DNA of 32,000 nt from Alkanindiges illinoisensis DSM 15370 (GTDB lineage Bacteria > Pseudomonadota > Gammaproteobacteria > Pseudomonadales > Moraxellaceae): contig NZ_JHUX01000003.1 of assembly GCF_000619845.1 (NCBI RefSeq), positions 90,001-122,000 of the forward strand, read 5' to 3'. The notes below the pieces were generated by a model that ran no database searches, was not told the origin of the DNA, and was given only the letters and a program-made list of their open reading frames with translations. How positions within the stretch are numbered: the stretch's first letter is position 1; each line of letters opens with the position of its first letter. Below are positions 10,780 through 20,420 of this stretch, in pieces. A program made the position numbers and the translations under genes.

Positions 10780-10948
10780 GAGGGTTATCCTTTAATTGGG
10801 GTGGTAGGCAAAACGTTCAGAAATTATTGCACAAGATTTAAAAACAAAATTTCCTGAATTGTGCAAATGATGTCATTAAAAGCCGGCTGTACTAAAAATC
10901 AATTACTCTTAAAAAATGGATGATCTTGAAAAAGCAAATAGCAGGCAT

Positions 10949-10973
10949 AAAAAAGAGCCGCCAAAGCGACTCT
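10949..10973 (-). terminator. Rho-independent terminator of pckG
   Basis: On the minus strand, AGAGTCGC-TTTG-GCGGCTCT (8 bp including one G-U pair) is followed by TTTTT(T). Confidence 0.6.
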
Positions 10974-10990
10974 TTTAAAGCAACCTGAAA

Positions 10991-12823
10991 CTAGGCTACT
11001 TTTTCAACATTAATAGCCTGAACCAACTGTTCACGGCGCGCTTTCAACGCTTCTGGCACATGGTTGCCGATTTTATCAAACAGTTCAGCATGGCTCTCCA
11101 GCTCTGTGTTCCACTGTTCTGCACTTTGTGAGGTCACTTGTGCAAATTGTTCAGCAGTGAAGTCAGAACCTGTCCAGTTCAGTTGTTCATAGCTTGGTAC
11201 ATAGCCAATTGGGGTTTCAGTGGCTTCAGCACGGCCTTCGCAACGGTCAATGATCCATTCCAGAACGCGCATGTTCTGACCAAAACCTGGCCAGATAAAG
11301 TCGCCATTTTCATCACGACGGAACCAGTTCACATTGAAAATCTTGGGCAGCTTGGCACCGGATTGTTCCAGTTTTTCGCCCAGATTGAGCCAGTGCTGGA
11401 AGTAGTCACCCATGTTGTAGCCAGCAAATGGCAGCATGGCAAACGGATCACGACGAACAATACCTTGCTGGCCAACAGCAGCAGCAGTGGTTTCAGAACC
11501 CATGGTCGCAGCTTTATATACGCCATCCACCCAGTCAAATGCTTCTACCACTAAAGGTACAGTATCGGCACGACGTCCACCAAAGATAAAGGCAGAAATC
11601 GGGACACCGGCTGGGTTTTCCCAGTCCGCATCAATGGATGGACACTGGCTGGCAGATACGGTGAAGCGGGCATTTGGATGCGCAGCCTTGCTACCAGATT
11701 CAGGTGTCCACGGCTTGCCAGTCCAGTCTGTAAGACCTGCTGGTGCTTCTTTGCTTAAACCTTCCCACCATACTTCGCCATCTTCAGTCACCGCAACGTT
11801 GGTATAAATCACGTTCTGGTTCAGGGTAGCCATACAGTTCGGATTGGTTTTGGTATTAGTACCTGGCGCAACACCAAAGAAACCAGCTTCGGGGTTAATG
11901 GCATACAGCCGGCCATCTTCACCCGGCTTAATCCAGGCAATATCGTCACCGACGGTTTCAACTTTCCAGCCTTCAAAGCCAGCTGGTGGAATCAGCATGG
12001 CAAAGTTGGTCTTGCCACAGGCAGATGGGAATGCTGCCGCAACGTAATGTTTTTCACCTTGTGGACTGGTTAAGCCCAGAATCAGCATGTGTTCAGCCAG
12101 CCAGCCCTGATCGCGGCCCATGACTGAAGCAATGCGCAGCGCCAGACATTTTTTGCCCAGCAATGCATTACCACCGTAACCTGAACCATAAGACCAGATT
12201 TCACGGGTTTCAGGGTAGTGAACGATGTATTTGGTATCGTTGCACGGCCAGGTAACATCTTGCTGGCCAGCTTCAAGCGGCGCACCCACTGAATGTACGC
12301 ATGGCACAAACTCACCATCAGTACCCAGCACGTCGTACACCTCTTTGCCCATACGCGCCATCATACGCATATTGACAACTACATAAGGAGAGTCAGACAG
12401 CTCAATCCCAATGTGTGCAATATGGCTTCCCAGTGGACCCATGGAGAAAGGAACCACATACATGGTGCGGCCACGCATACAGCCTTCAAATAGACCATTC
12501 AAGGTTTGACGCATTTCAGCCGGATCAGTCCAGTGATTGGTTGCACCGGCATCTTCCTGCTTTTCAGAGCAGATAAAGGTACGGTCTTCAACACGGGCAA
12601 CGTCAGATGGGCTGGAATTAGCAAGATAGGAATTTGGATGTTTTTCTTGGTTTAGTTTGCGCATAGTGCCGTTTGCAACCATGAGGTCCAGCAGGCGTTG
12701 GTTTTCTTCTTCACTGCCGTCGCACCATTCAATGCGGTCAGGTTGCGTCAATGCTGCAATTTCTTCCACCCAAGCGATCAGTTTAGGGTGGCGAACGAAT
12801 TCAGGTGCGTTCACTTTGGTCAT
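10991..12823 (-). CDS. pckG: phosphoenolpyruvate carboxykinase (GTP)
   Basis: GTP-PEPCK blocks are present: [30 protein letters not shown]-like ([17 protein letters not shown]), [13 protein letters not shown] and FNVNWFR. I chose MTKVNAPEF (ATG 12823), not the 14-codon-longer tracked start at 12865. Confidence 0.92.
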   Translation of the reverse strand: MTKVNAPEFVRHPKLIAWVEEIAALTQPDRIEWCDGSEEENQRLLDLMVANGTMRKLNQEKHPNSYLANSSPSDVARVEDRTFICSEKQEDAGATNHWTDPAEMRQTLNGLFEGCMRGRTMYVVPFSMGPLGSHIAHIGIELSDSPYVVVNMRMMARMGKEVYDVLGTDGEFVPCVHSVGAPLEAGQQDVTWPCNDTKYIVHYPETREIWSYGSGYGGNALLGKKCLALRIASVMGRDQGWLAEHMLILGLTSPQGEKHYVAAAFPSACGKTNFAMLIPPAGFEGWKVETVGDDIAWIKPGEDGRLYAINPEAGFFGVAPGTNTKTNPNCMATLNQNVIYTNVAVTEDGEVWWEGLSKEAPAGLTDWTGKPWTPESGSKAAHPNARFTVSASQCPSIDADWENPAGVPISAFIFGGRRADTVPLVVEAFDWVDGVYKAATMGSETTAAAVGQQGIVRRDPFAMLPFAGYNMGDYFQHWLNLGEKLEQSGAKLPKIFNVNWFRRDENGDFIWPGFGQNMRVLEWIIDRCEGRAEATETPIGYVPSYEQLNWTGSDFTAEQFAQVTSQSAEQWNTELESHAELFDKIGNHVPEALKARREQLVQAINVEKVA

Positions 12824-13240
12824 GGTGAGGCCTATCTTTAATGTAGAAGCGCATATTCGGATCACGAATTACAGCGCCAGAAAAATTGTTGGTCTATTAA
12901 ACCACAAAAGCAGTTTTTATTTAAGATACCTTTTTATACCAATAAGTGACTTGCTATATTAAAAAATCTTTAAAAATCAATTGATTGATTTGTAAATTAG
13001 GCAAAGTATTTAGGTAAAATATGATTATGTTATACTCATCATTTTAAATTATGATATTAATAAGTTATTGTTAAAGTTAATTTTTATAGAAAATCTATAC
13101 TACGTAAAATTTTGTAGAGCCGATAAAGCGGTGTTTTTGGCCTAGGTTGTGGCAAATAATGCTAATAAATTTTGGATGAATCTCAGGTATGATTTTTCGG
13201 TTTTTAGATGAATCCCCTAAGTGGTAATAAGGAGCAGGTA

Positions 13241-14023
13241 ATGCATTTACAGGATAAAGTGGCCATTGTTACTGGTGGCGCGTCAGGTCTGGGCTTGGCA
13301 ACGGTAGAAGCCTTTGTAAACAAGGGCGCCAAGGTGGTGATTTTTGACCTGAACCAGCAGCAAGGCGATGAAGTAGCGAATCGTTTAAATGCGGCACATG
13401 GCGATAATGTGCGTGCTTTAGCCGTTGATGTAACCGATGAAGTGGCTGTGCATGCAGCGATTCAGCAAGTGGTGTCTCTGTTTGGTGGCTTACATATTTG
13501 TGTGAACTGCGCTGGCATTGGTTCGGCAACGCGTACCGTGGGTAAAAATGGGGCGCATCCGTTAAGCACGTTTGCCAAGGTAATTCAGATTAACCTGATT
13601 GGCACGTTTAACGTCACCCGTCTAGCGGCTGAAGCCATGCAGCATAATACACCGGTTAATGAGGATGGCGAGCGTGGCGTGATTATCAATACTGCATCCG
13701 TGGCAGCTTTTGATGGTCAGATTGGTCAGGTGGCGTATTCAGCATCTAAAGGCGGTGTTGTTGGGATGACCTTACCGTTAGCGCGTGATCTGTCAGTGAT
13801 TGGCGTGCGAGTAAACTGCATTGCACCGGGAATTTTTAATACCCCGCTGATGAATAGCTCACCTGATTCGGTGAAAATGCCATTGATTGAAATGACCCAG
13901 TTTCCCAAGCGTTTAGGACATCCGAGTGAATATGGCCAATTTGCCGTGCACATCGTTGAAAACAGCTTTATGAATGGTGAAACGATTCGTCTGGATGGTG
14001 CAATCCGTATGGCACCGCGCTGA
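13241..14023 (+). CDS. SDR-family 3-hydroxyacyl-CoA dehydrogenase type II-like oxidoreductase
   Basis: TGGASGLG cofactor motif, NCAG, and the catalytic YSASK. ATG 13241 is preferred because AAGGAG lies 6 nt upstream. The tracked start is 13208. Confidence 0.85.
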   Translation: MHLQDKVAIVTGGASGLGLATVEAFVNKGAKVVIFDLNQQQGDEVANRLNAAHGDNVRALAVDVTDEVAVHAAIQQVVSLFGGLHICVNCAGIGSATRTVGKNGAHPLSTFAKVIQINLIGTFNVTRLAAEAMQHNTPVNEDGERGVIINTASVAAFDGQIGQVAYSASKGGVVGMTLPLARDLSVIGVRVNCIAPGIFNTPLMNSSPDSVKMPLIEMTQFPKRLGHPSEYGQFAVHIVENSFMNGETIRLDGAIRMAPR

Positions 14024-14147
14024 TTCGTAATGTTGCAATGACAGTGGGGTATCAGACTTCACTGTTATTGATAAGAATAAAAAATCATAATTGCTTTGTT
14101 GAGCCATCCATTTTAGGCTTAACGAAAATTTCAATCTTTAACCTATT

Positions 14148-14627
14148 ATGACCGAACCACAAACACCTGCCAGTTTTCATTTATGGATTGATGCCGATGC
14201 TATTCCTCGCATTTTGCGCGATATTATTTTTCGGGCATCGGATCGTCACTTGCTGGGCGTTACGTTTGTCGCCAATCAGCCACTGGGCATTAAGCCGTCT
14301 ATCCGGATTAAATCCATTCAGGTGACGCATGGAGCGGATAGTGCAGACCGTGAAATTGTCGAGCGTATGCAGGCTGGTGATATTGTGGTGACACAGGATA
14401 TTCCACTGGCCGCACAGGTGATTGAAAAAGGCGGCACTGCCATTCATCCGCGTGGAGATATTTACACACCGGACAATGTACGTGCACGTTTGCATTTGCG
14501 TGACTATATGGAAGTACTGCGTGGGGCAGGGGTACAGACTGGCGGGCCACCACCCATTTCGGATAAGGAAAAAAAGGCCTTTGCCGATTCGCTGGAAAAA
14601 ACCATTCAAAAGCAGAGGCGTCAATAA
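14148..14627 (+). CDS. YaiI/YqxD-family protein (UPF0178/DUF188)
   Basis: [10 protein letters not shown]...[41 protein letters not shown] is the conserved UPF0178 core. Confidence 0.85.
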   Translation: MTEPQTPASFHLWIDADAIPRILRDIIFRASDRHLLGVTFVANQPLGIKPSIRIKSIQVTHGADSADREIVERMQAGDIVVTQDIPLAAQVIEKGGTAIHPRGDIYTPDNVRARLHLRDYMEVLRGAGVQTGGPPPISDKEKKAFADSLEKTIQKQRRQ

Positions 14628-14656
14628 ATTTACACTTCTGCTAAGGCGTAGAAGTG

Positions 14657-15190
14657 CTACTGTTGAGCGGATTTATTGAAATAGGTTTTAAGATCATGCT
14701 GAAGGTTAGATGATTGCTGATTAATCACACCAGAAATGATGTTATTGATTTTCCAGTTATTGTTAATTTTTAGAAATTCAAAAGTTACCTGAGTTGGTAC
14801 ATGAAAGTTTTCAAAATTTACTTTGAGATAACCTTTATTTTTATCGGTTATAAACTTTGAAATGGTTAGTTTTTTAATTTCATAATCTTGTCCAGCAACA
14901 ATAAAGTCGTGATCCAATGCACAGATTCCTTCCTGCTGCGTGCAAGTGTTTTCCAGTTTTAATAATTTGGTTAACTGAGGAGTAGCACGATGAATAATAA
15001 CATCCGTAAAATTTTCAGGTTGATTTATCGCTGCTGTGGAATGTTGTGCGGCGAGGTAGGATGCGTAGATTTGGCCAACCCAGACTTTTGGTTCACTGGT
15101 GGCAGAATAAGGCGCAGGAGCAGCATTACTTATTGATATGGTTGAAAGCAGTATTAAAGAAAATAAAGTGTAAAAATTTAAAATTTTCAT
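14657..15190 (-). CDS. secreted hypothetical protein (tentatively DUF3828-like)
   Basis: The start was moved to MKILNFYTLFSLILLSTISISNA|AP, which is a clear Sec signal. The LDHDFIVAGQDY block resembles DUF3828. The gene is AT-rich. Confidence 0.6.
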   Translation of the reverse strand: MKILNFYTLFSLILLSTISISNAAPAPYSATSEPKVWVGQIYASYLAAQHSTAAINQPENFTDVIIHRATPQLTKLLKLENTCTQQEGICALDHDFIVAGQDYEIKKLTISKFITDKNKGYLKVNFENFHVPTQVTFEFLKINNNWKINNIISGVINQQSSNLQHDLKTYFNKSAQQ

Positions 15191-15306
15191 ATTGATAGCT
15201 CTGACTAAAACAATTATATAAGTTTCGGATATTCCTAAAATGGAACGTTTGCTTTGTATCAGCAAACGAAAGTAAAAAACAGATGATTATGAATTAGGAC
15301 AGCGTG

Positions 15307-15510
15307 ATGGAAACCAGTCAGCTACTGCTCGGTGTACTATTTAGCTCAATTGGATTGGGTTACTTTATCTACGGCAAAAAGCAAAAAACCATTGTGCCAT
15401 TTTTATGTGGTCTGATATTAATGATTTTTCCGTATTTTGTGGAAAACACAGGATTGCTCATTTTAATTGGAGCGGTGATATCGGCAGTGCCTTATTTCAT
15501 CAGGTTATAA
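15307..15510 (+). CDS. small two-TM membrane protein (67 aa)
   Basis: Two hydrophobic helices separated by YGKKQK. AGGACAG lies upstream. The start could be GTG 15304 or ATG 15307. Confidence 0.5.
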   Translation: METSQLLLGVLFSSIGLGYFIYGKKQKTIVPFLCGLILMIFPYFVENTGLLILIGAVISAVPYFIRL

Positions 15511-15617
15511 ATATTTAAATTTGAGTATGTATACAAAGTTATTGGAAATTATTTTAATAAGCAGTATAAATCAACTAATAACAAATTAAACGTAGTAAGC
15601 CCTGTTAGGAGCTTGTA

Positions 15618-16575
15618 ATGATAGAAAAAATTGAAATAGCTCGCATCAAGATGCAAAGTCCTTTAACCAATGCGGTTGATGGGCAGGTGAGATGGTCACC
15701 TATAAAATCATTATGGATTTTCACCCATCTAGCCATTACTATCATTGGTGGAATCTATACCTTTTCTTTAGAGACTTTACTGGTATTTTTGTTTACGACT
15801 GCTGCAACGCTATGCTTTGGGCACTCATTAGGAATGCATCGTAAGCTAATCCATCACAGCTATCAGTGCCCTAAGATTTGTGCATTTAGGGACACTTGTT
15901 GGCCTGGCTGGACCTTTCGGGATGGTATACACCCATGATTTAAGAGATTGGGCACAACGGCAGGCAGATTGCCATTCTTATTTACGTCATGGCGAAACGA
16001 TCTGGAAAGATGGTTGGTGGCAATTATATTGTGATTTAAAGCTCAAGCATCCGCCTGTTTTTGTACCTGAAAAGTCTTTAAGAGATAATCCAGTTTACCG
16101 CTTTATGGAAAAAACATGGATGCTGCAACAGCTTCCATTACTGCTAATCTTATTTGCACTTGGAGGTATATCTTGGGTTATCTGGGGTATTTCTGCAAGA
16201 ATTGTGGTTTCTGTAACAGGGCATTGGCTGATTGGCTATTTTGCCCATAACCATGGTGAAATGGACAATGAGGTCGTAGGAGCGGCTGTGCAGGGGCATA
16301 ATGTAAAATGGGCTTCATACATTACCATGGGTGAATCCTGGCACAACAATCATCATGCCTATCCAGAATCAGCAATTTTAGGAATTTATGATAATCAGCC
16401 TGATCCAGGTTGGTGGGCGCTAAATGCATTAAGTAATTTAGGTTTGGTTTGGAATATTGTTTTGCCTGAGAATTTACCGTACCGCAAAAATCTGAAGGCA
16501 TTAACCTATAGGGCAATTGATGGCGCAGGTACGAAAGTACCTTATAAATGTCCTGTGTTAGGTTTATTACGTTAA
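15618..16575 (+). pseudogene. acyl-CoA (delta-9-type) fatty-acid desaturase family gene, split by a frameshift near 15876
   Basis: His box HRKLIHHSY (nt 15837-15863) is in the 15618 frame. The GESWHNNHHAYPESA box (nt ~16330-16375) is in the 15880 frame. The two ORFs overlap at 15880-15938 in different frames. Confidence 0.7.
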
Positions 16576-16582
16576 AGGTTTA

Positions 16583-16614
16583 AATACCTTAATGAAAAAA
16601 TTCATTAAGGTATT
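16583..16614. terminator. Bidirectional hairpin between the convergent desaturase and speH genes
   Basis: Perfect 14-bp arms AATACCTTAATGAA / TTCATTAAGGTATT with loop AAAA. The right arm overlaps the speH stop codon (16605-16607). Confidence 0.55.
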
Positions 16615-16967
16615 CCTCTACTGTAATTACTTAATTTACTGTGTTCGGCTTCAAAAGCTTCTTGTAAATAGCTTAAAGCCACCTCAATCTGATGTTCTCC
16701 ACACATAAAAATGTCAATCGCGGCAAATTGATATTCTGGCCAAGTATGAATACTCATGTGCGATTCACTCAGCAGCAAAACACCAGTAACGCCCTGATAC
16801 AGGCCAAAAGAGTGAAAATGTGATTGCAAAACAGTGGCATTGGCAATTTTTGCAGCATGACGAAGTATAACTTCAATTTTTTCAGTATTGCAGGCCAGAT
16901 CAGCGTTAATCCCATAAAGATCTAATAAGCTATGCTGTCCAATTGCAATTAAATTCTGGCTATTCAT
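16605..16967 (-). CDS. speH: S-adenosylmethionine decarboxylase proenzyme, small SpeH (pyruvoyl) type
   Basis: GQHSLLDLYG, the self-cleavage site LLSESHMSIHTWPE, and AAIDIFMCG. I chose ATG 16967 (120 aa). The tracked GTG 17042 extension overlaps a better-placed small ORF. Confidence 0.85.
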   Translation of the reverse strand: MNSQNLIAIGQHSLLDLYGINADLACNTEKIEVILRHAAKIANATVLQSHFHSFGLYQGVTGVLLLSESHMSIHTWPEYQFAAIDIFMCGEHQIEVALSYLQEAFEAEHSKLSNYSRGIP

Positions 16968-16968
16968 A

Positions 16969-17115
16969 TTATTTATGCCAGCTTCCGGTATTGCTGTAAT
17001 GGCCGCCCCCTGAGGTGCTGGAGTTCCAGCCACGATTCTCACTGACCAGCCAGTAATTAAATAAGGTAGCTAATATAATAATGGCTACATAAAACCAGAA
17101 ATATGTCTCTTTCAT
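16969..17115 (-). CDS. candidate 48-aa single-TM peptide embedded in the operon
   Basis: Hand translation gives MKETYFWFYVAIIILATLFNYWLVSENRGWNSSTSGGGHYSNTGSWHK. Its ATG is 2 nt after the DUF4178 stop and its TAA is 1 nt before the speH ATG. It is below the ORF-track cutoff. Confidence 0.4.
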   Translation of the reverse strand: MKETYFWFYVAIIILATLFNYWLVSENRGWNSSTSGGGHYSNTGSWHK

Positions 17116-17117
17116 TA

Positions 17118-18725
17118 TTATGCTTCTTGATCAAATGGCTTTCCTAAAAGCACATAAATAAGATAACTGACCCCACAAACAATGAGCAGGCTAATCGTGC
17201 TGGAAAAACTCATAAAAAATGCCGGAAGATTAATTAATCCATAAGCTAGTAGCAAGAATATGGCGGCTCCTTTACCGGACTTTTGCTGGAATTTATTTTT
17301 ACGATTAACCCGATTAAGGGCAGCCCGATTACGCTGTTCTGTCGTTGTTCGCTGTCCTGCCGTTGCTGACAGCAATGTTGGTTTTTGAAACCATGTGGCT
17401 ACCTGCTGAGCGCTGACTGCCTTACTGCTACTCCATGCCATCTCGTACTTGCTATATTCAGCACAAACCTTGAGTTGTTCAGTGCCATAATCACTATAAC
17501 AGGTGATGTCATCAGGCTGAATCTGCCAGTAAAAAGCGCCTGCTGCATAATCAACCCGGCCCCCGTAATCATATAACTTGCCCATCAGTTGCCCATTATC
17601 ATTGTAGGGCTGTTGATTCAGGTTCAATTTTGGCCATTGATTTAAAGTGGTTGAGATTGCCCACTCATGCTGGGTTGTTTCAATTAGCCATAGAAAACCT
17701 TTTTTCGAGTTATACAGCAGGTATTCCAGCCAGCCCTCTGTAGTGATAGACATGCGGCTACTTTCACCCAACATGATGCGCCATGCATCGCTGCTTTCAA
17801 TTTCGGTTTTTTTAACCAGACCAATGACTGTCCAGCATACGTCATCAATCTTGCCAGTCTCACCCAGTGACAGGCTAAAGGCCTTTTCAGTCTTTTGGCG
17901 AAAATTATAGACTTCGATAACACGAGCCTGATCGGTGCTTAAATCAATATGCGCATGACAACTTTTGCAAATGGCATCCTCGGTCATCTGCTGCGCCCAG
18001 ATAATCCGGCTGCCACACTGTGGACACTGGCTGGCTTTTTGCTCACCTTTTAACTTGCCTGCCTGTTGCAGTATGGTGTCTTTGGAGCGCAAATTCTGGC
18101 AGTGAAGCGTATCCAGTGTGGTCACTGTGCCTGCGTAGACAATGGGCTGCTGGCCATTTTCACTAAAGTCCAGGGTAATAAAGCGCTGCTCGCTGCGAAA
18201 GTCTGCAACTTTTAAAGCCTGATCCTGTTTAACTGGATAGGGGAGTTCGCCCTGTGCATTGGCCTGAGCTGCTGTAGCTTGCCGCACATCGGCTGCCATA
18301 TAGCGTACGGTTTGATAGTTAAGGACGCTTTTGCCTGCTTTTAGCTGCTGAAACGATAGTTTATAGGCAGGGGGCAGCTTGCCTTGCAAGCGGGTAAACA
18401 CATACTGATCGCCTGATTCTGACAGCCAGCCATAGCTGCCATCACTGAACAGGGCATACCATTCATTCCATACGCCGCGGTCATAACGGATTTGTGAGCG
18501 GCCAATCAGGGTAAAGGCCTTGCCCTCAAAAGTGCCTGAGCTATACAGTTGAAGTGGAGAGTAATCCTCAATGATCGCGGATTTTTTACCACTATCAGTG
18601 AGGCTTTGCTCTGTGCGCACCAGTGAGCTTTGGCAATATTGGCACACCACCACCACTGCAGTTGCCGAATAGACTGCTACTGGTGCACCACAACAGGGGC
18701 AGACTGTTGAAAAAATTGAATCCAT
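17118..18725 (-). CDS. DUF4178 domain protein with two zinc ribbons and a C-terminal TM hairpin
   Basis: CPCCG...CQYC is followed by a DUF4178-like block (GKAFTLIGRSQIRYDRGVWNEWYALFSDGSYGWLSE). CPQCG...CKSCH is followed by a second block (WTVIGL...GWLEYLLYNSKKGFLWL). The C-terminus is hydrophobic (AAIFLLLAYGLINLPAFF...LLIVCGVSYLIYVLLG). Confidence 0.8.
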   Translation of the reverse strand: MDSIFSTVCPCCGAPVAVYSATAVVVVCQYCQSSLVRTEQSLTDSGKKSAIIEDYSPLQLYSSGTFEGKAFTLIGRSQIRYDRGVWNEWYALFSDGSYGWLSESGDQYVFTRLQGKLPPAYKLSFQQLKAGKSVLNYQTVRYMAADVRQATAAQANAQGELPYPVKQDQALKVADFRSEQRFITLDFSENGQQPIVYAGTVTTLDTLHCQNLRSKDTILQQAGKLKGEQKASQCPQCGSRIIWAQQMTEDAICKSCHAHIDLSTDQARVIEVYNFRQKTEKAFSLSLGETGKIDDVCWTVIGLVKKTEIESSDAWRIMLGESSRMSITTEGWLEYLLYNSKKGFLWLIETTQHEWAISTTLNQWPKLNLNQQPYNDNGQLMGKLYDYGGRVDYAAGAFYWQIQPDDITCYSDYGTEQLKVCAEYSKYEMAWSSSKAVSAQQVATWFQKPTLLSATAGQRTTTEQRNRAALNRVNRKNKFQQKSGKGAAIFLLLAYGLINLPAFFMSFSSTISLLIVCGVSYLIYVLLGKPFDQEA

Positions 18726-18761
18726 CAGGTTTTCCGCTAAGACCTCTGCAATTAGTCCAAA

Positions 18762-19799
18762 TTACTGACTCAATAATTTTTTCAAGACTTCCGCTTTGGC
18801 ATCATCATAATCCTGCTGGGAAATCAGGTTTTGTTCCAGCAAGGTTTTCAGGGTTGCCAGTTTTGCCTGAGGATTTTCATTGCCTGATGGCTGTGTTGCG
18901 GTGGCCGCTTGCGGATTATGCGCAGGTGTTTGGCCCGATAGAGAAGCATTCATAGCATTGCCCATCAGTTGTCCCATGCCCATGCCAGCCGCCAAACCTG
19001 CACCAATACCTGCAAGTCCACCTTCATTCTGGGCAGCCAGCGGAATACTGGTGGCTGTCTGGTACTGGGTATAGCGGTTCATGTCGCCAATAATGCCCAT
19101 TGAAATACGTTCTTCCAGCTTCTTTTGCAGCGTTTCGGGCAGGGTAATACTTTCTACGGTAAAGCTGTCCAGTAATAGGCCCAGACGCTCGAATGAAGGC
19201 GCCAGCACTTCAGTCATCTTCTGGGACAGCAACACCTGATTGGCTGCCATGTCAATAAAGGGAATGTCCGAGTTACCAAAGGCACTACTTAAATGGGTCA
19301 CAATGATATTGCGCAGTTGTTCTTCCAGCATAGCACCTGTGTATTCACTGCCAACACCGCTAACTTCACGAAAAAATAGCGCAGGATTGACCAGCCGGTA
19401 GCTATACATGCCAAAGGAACGCAGGCTCACCATGCCAAAATCCTGATCGCGAACAGTAACAGGTTGCGCCGTACCCCAGCGTCTGGACAGTTGCAATCGA
19501 GTATTAAAAAAATACACATCCGATTTAAAGGGTGATTCAAATAGCTTGTCCCAGTGTTTCAGGTTGGTCAGCACCGGAAGTGTACGGGTATTTAAAGTAT
19601 ACAAACCCGGCGCAAGGGCATCGGCAGCAATCCCTTCATTCACAAACAATGCCATTTGTGATTCACGCACCGTCAAACTGGCGCCGTTTTGAATTTCCTC
19701 ATCCTGCATGGGAAAGCGCCACATCAACAGCTCGTTATCGGGTTTTGCCCACTGGATGACGTCAATAAACTGTTTCTTGATAAAGCTGCCGAGTGACAT
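18762..19799 (-). CDS. SPFH/Band-7 family protein (YdjI / virion-core-like subgroup) with a C-terminal SHOCT-like domain
   Basis: The N-terminal ~270 aa look like the SPFH subgroup (FIDVIQW...LMWRFP...I.NGA.L.V.ESQ.A.F...G). A Gly/Ala/Met-rich linker follows, then KLATLKTLLEQNLISQQDYDDAKAEVLKKLL (SHOCT pattern). TAGGAGAA provides a strong SD. Confidence 0.85.
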   Translation of the reverse strand: MSLGSFIKKQFIDVIQWAKPDNELLMWRFPMQDEEIQNGASLTVRESQMALFVNEGIAADALAPGLYTLNTRTLPVLTNLKHWDKLFESPFKSDVYFFNTRLQLSRRWGTAQPVTVRDQDFGMVSLRSFGMYSYRLVNPALFFREVSGVGSEYTGAMLEEQLRNIIVTHLSSAFGNSDIPFIDMAANQVLLSQKMTEVLAPSFERLGLLLDSFTVESITLPETLQKKLEERISMGIIGDMNRYTQYQTATSIPLAAQNEGGLAGIGAGLAAGMGMGQLMGNAMNASLSGQTPAHNPQAATATQPSGNENPQAKLATLKTLLEQNLISQQDYDDAKAEVLKKLLSQ

Positions 19800-19880
19800 T
19801 GTTGTTCTCCTAAAGGTGATGCAAGTCAGTTGTTATAATCAAATAAATTCAATAAACCCATATCATGGGATATGTGTAGT

Positions 19881-20279
19881 TTAACTCAGGCAAGCGGCAT
19901 TGATTAGCCCAACAGACAGTGACAGGGAGCCAAACAATGCACCCACTGCAATATTATTGTTCTGCAAGTGCATGCTGGCATCCCGAATCAGGCGACTGCC
20001 AGCAAAGAAAATCAGGATTTGCACTAGCGCTGCTGCAAACGACCAGACCAGAAAGCTGGGAATATTCATGGTATGCATGATGCTGGAAGCCAGGGTAATA
20101 CTAAAGCCAATCTGTGCACCGCCAAATGATAAGGCACAGGCAATATTACCTTCACGGATGAGAGTAATTTCCTTAACCGGAGTGACCTTAACGTAAACCA
20201 CCGCAAAAATCATGAGTACAAACAAGCTTAAGCCCATGTATTTTAGATATAAAAGATATTGTGTCAGTATGATTGTCAT
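19881..20279 (-). CDS. DUF350 (YjfL-family) four-TM membrane protein
   Basis: A 132-aa protein with four hydrophobic helices and the EITLIREGNIACALSFGGAQIG motif typical of DUF350. Confidence 0.8.
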   Translation of the reverse strand: MTIILTQYLLYLKYMGLSLFVLMIFAVVYVKVTPVKEITLIREGNIACALSFGGAQIGFSITLASSIMHTMNIPSFLVWSFAAALVQILIFFAGSRLIRDASMHLQNNNIAVGALFGSLSLSVGLINAACLS

Positions 20280-20420
20280 TTAAGTTCCCACAAATGGGTA
20301 TTGTCAGTATTTGCCTCAGCCCATCGTTACCTAAGATGTGCCTTGCAGTAATGGGAGTCAGGCGATGTGAATCAAGCTATGTTAAGCTACTTTATAATAA
20401 ACAAATGATTAATATTTTAA
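20280..20420. promoter_or_regulatory. Shared 141-bp divergent control region of the two arms of the polyamine/SPFH module
   Basis: Inferred from divergent gene geometry only. I could not identify a specific operator. Confidence 0.4.

Noticed and set aside
10830-10880. An inverted 8-mer TTGCACAA ... TTGTGCAA upstream of the lipoprotein gene.
   Set aside because: The arms are short and widely spaced, with no match to a consensus I can name. I kept it as a note only.
12824-12865. The 14-codon N-terminal extension of pckG ([14 protein letters not shown]).
   Set aside because: GTP-PEPCK proteins begin close to the MTKVNAPEF-type sequence as I recall them. The extension has no counterpart I recognise.
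12975-12986. A perfect 12-bp palindrome AATCAATTGATT in the 417-bp AT-rich pckG/SDR intergenic region.
   Set aside because: Short AT palindromes are expected by chance in DNA this AT-rich. No second site or known operator consensus was recognised.
14181-14624. A 147-aa minus-strand ORF fully antisense to the yaiI-family gene. Similar long shadow ORFs occur elsewhere, e.g. 2564-2974, 11138-11554, 24219-24614 and 28890-29258.
   Set aside because: Each lies entirely inside a gene with clear family motifs on the other strand. They have no RBS or recognisable motifs, and their composition (Cys/Arg/His-rich) is typical of antisense frames.
20381-20400. GTTAAG-CTACT-TTATAA in the divergent control region resembles a PmrA-type direct-repeat box (YTTAAK-N5-YTTAAK). 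That was tempting because P. aeruginosa speD2/speE2-like genes are PmrAB-regulated.
   Set aside because: The second half-site matches poorly, and the first deviates at the first position. In AT-rich DNA this is within chance, and no pmrAB genes are in the window.
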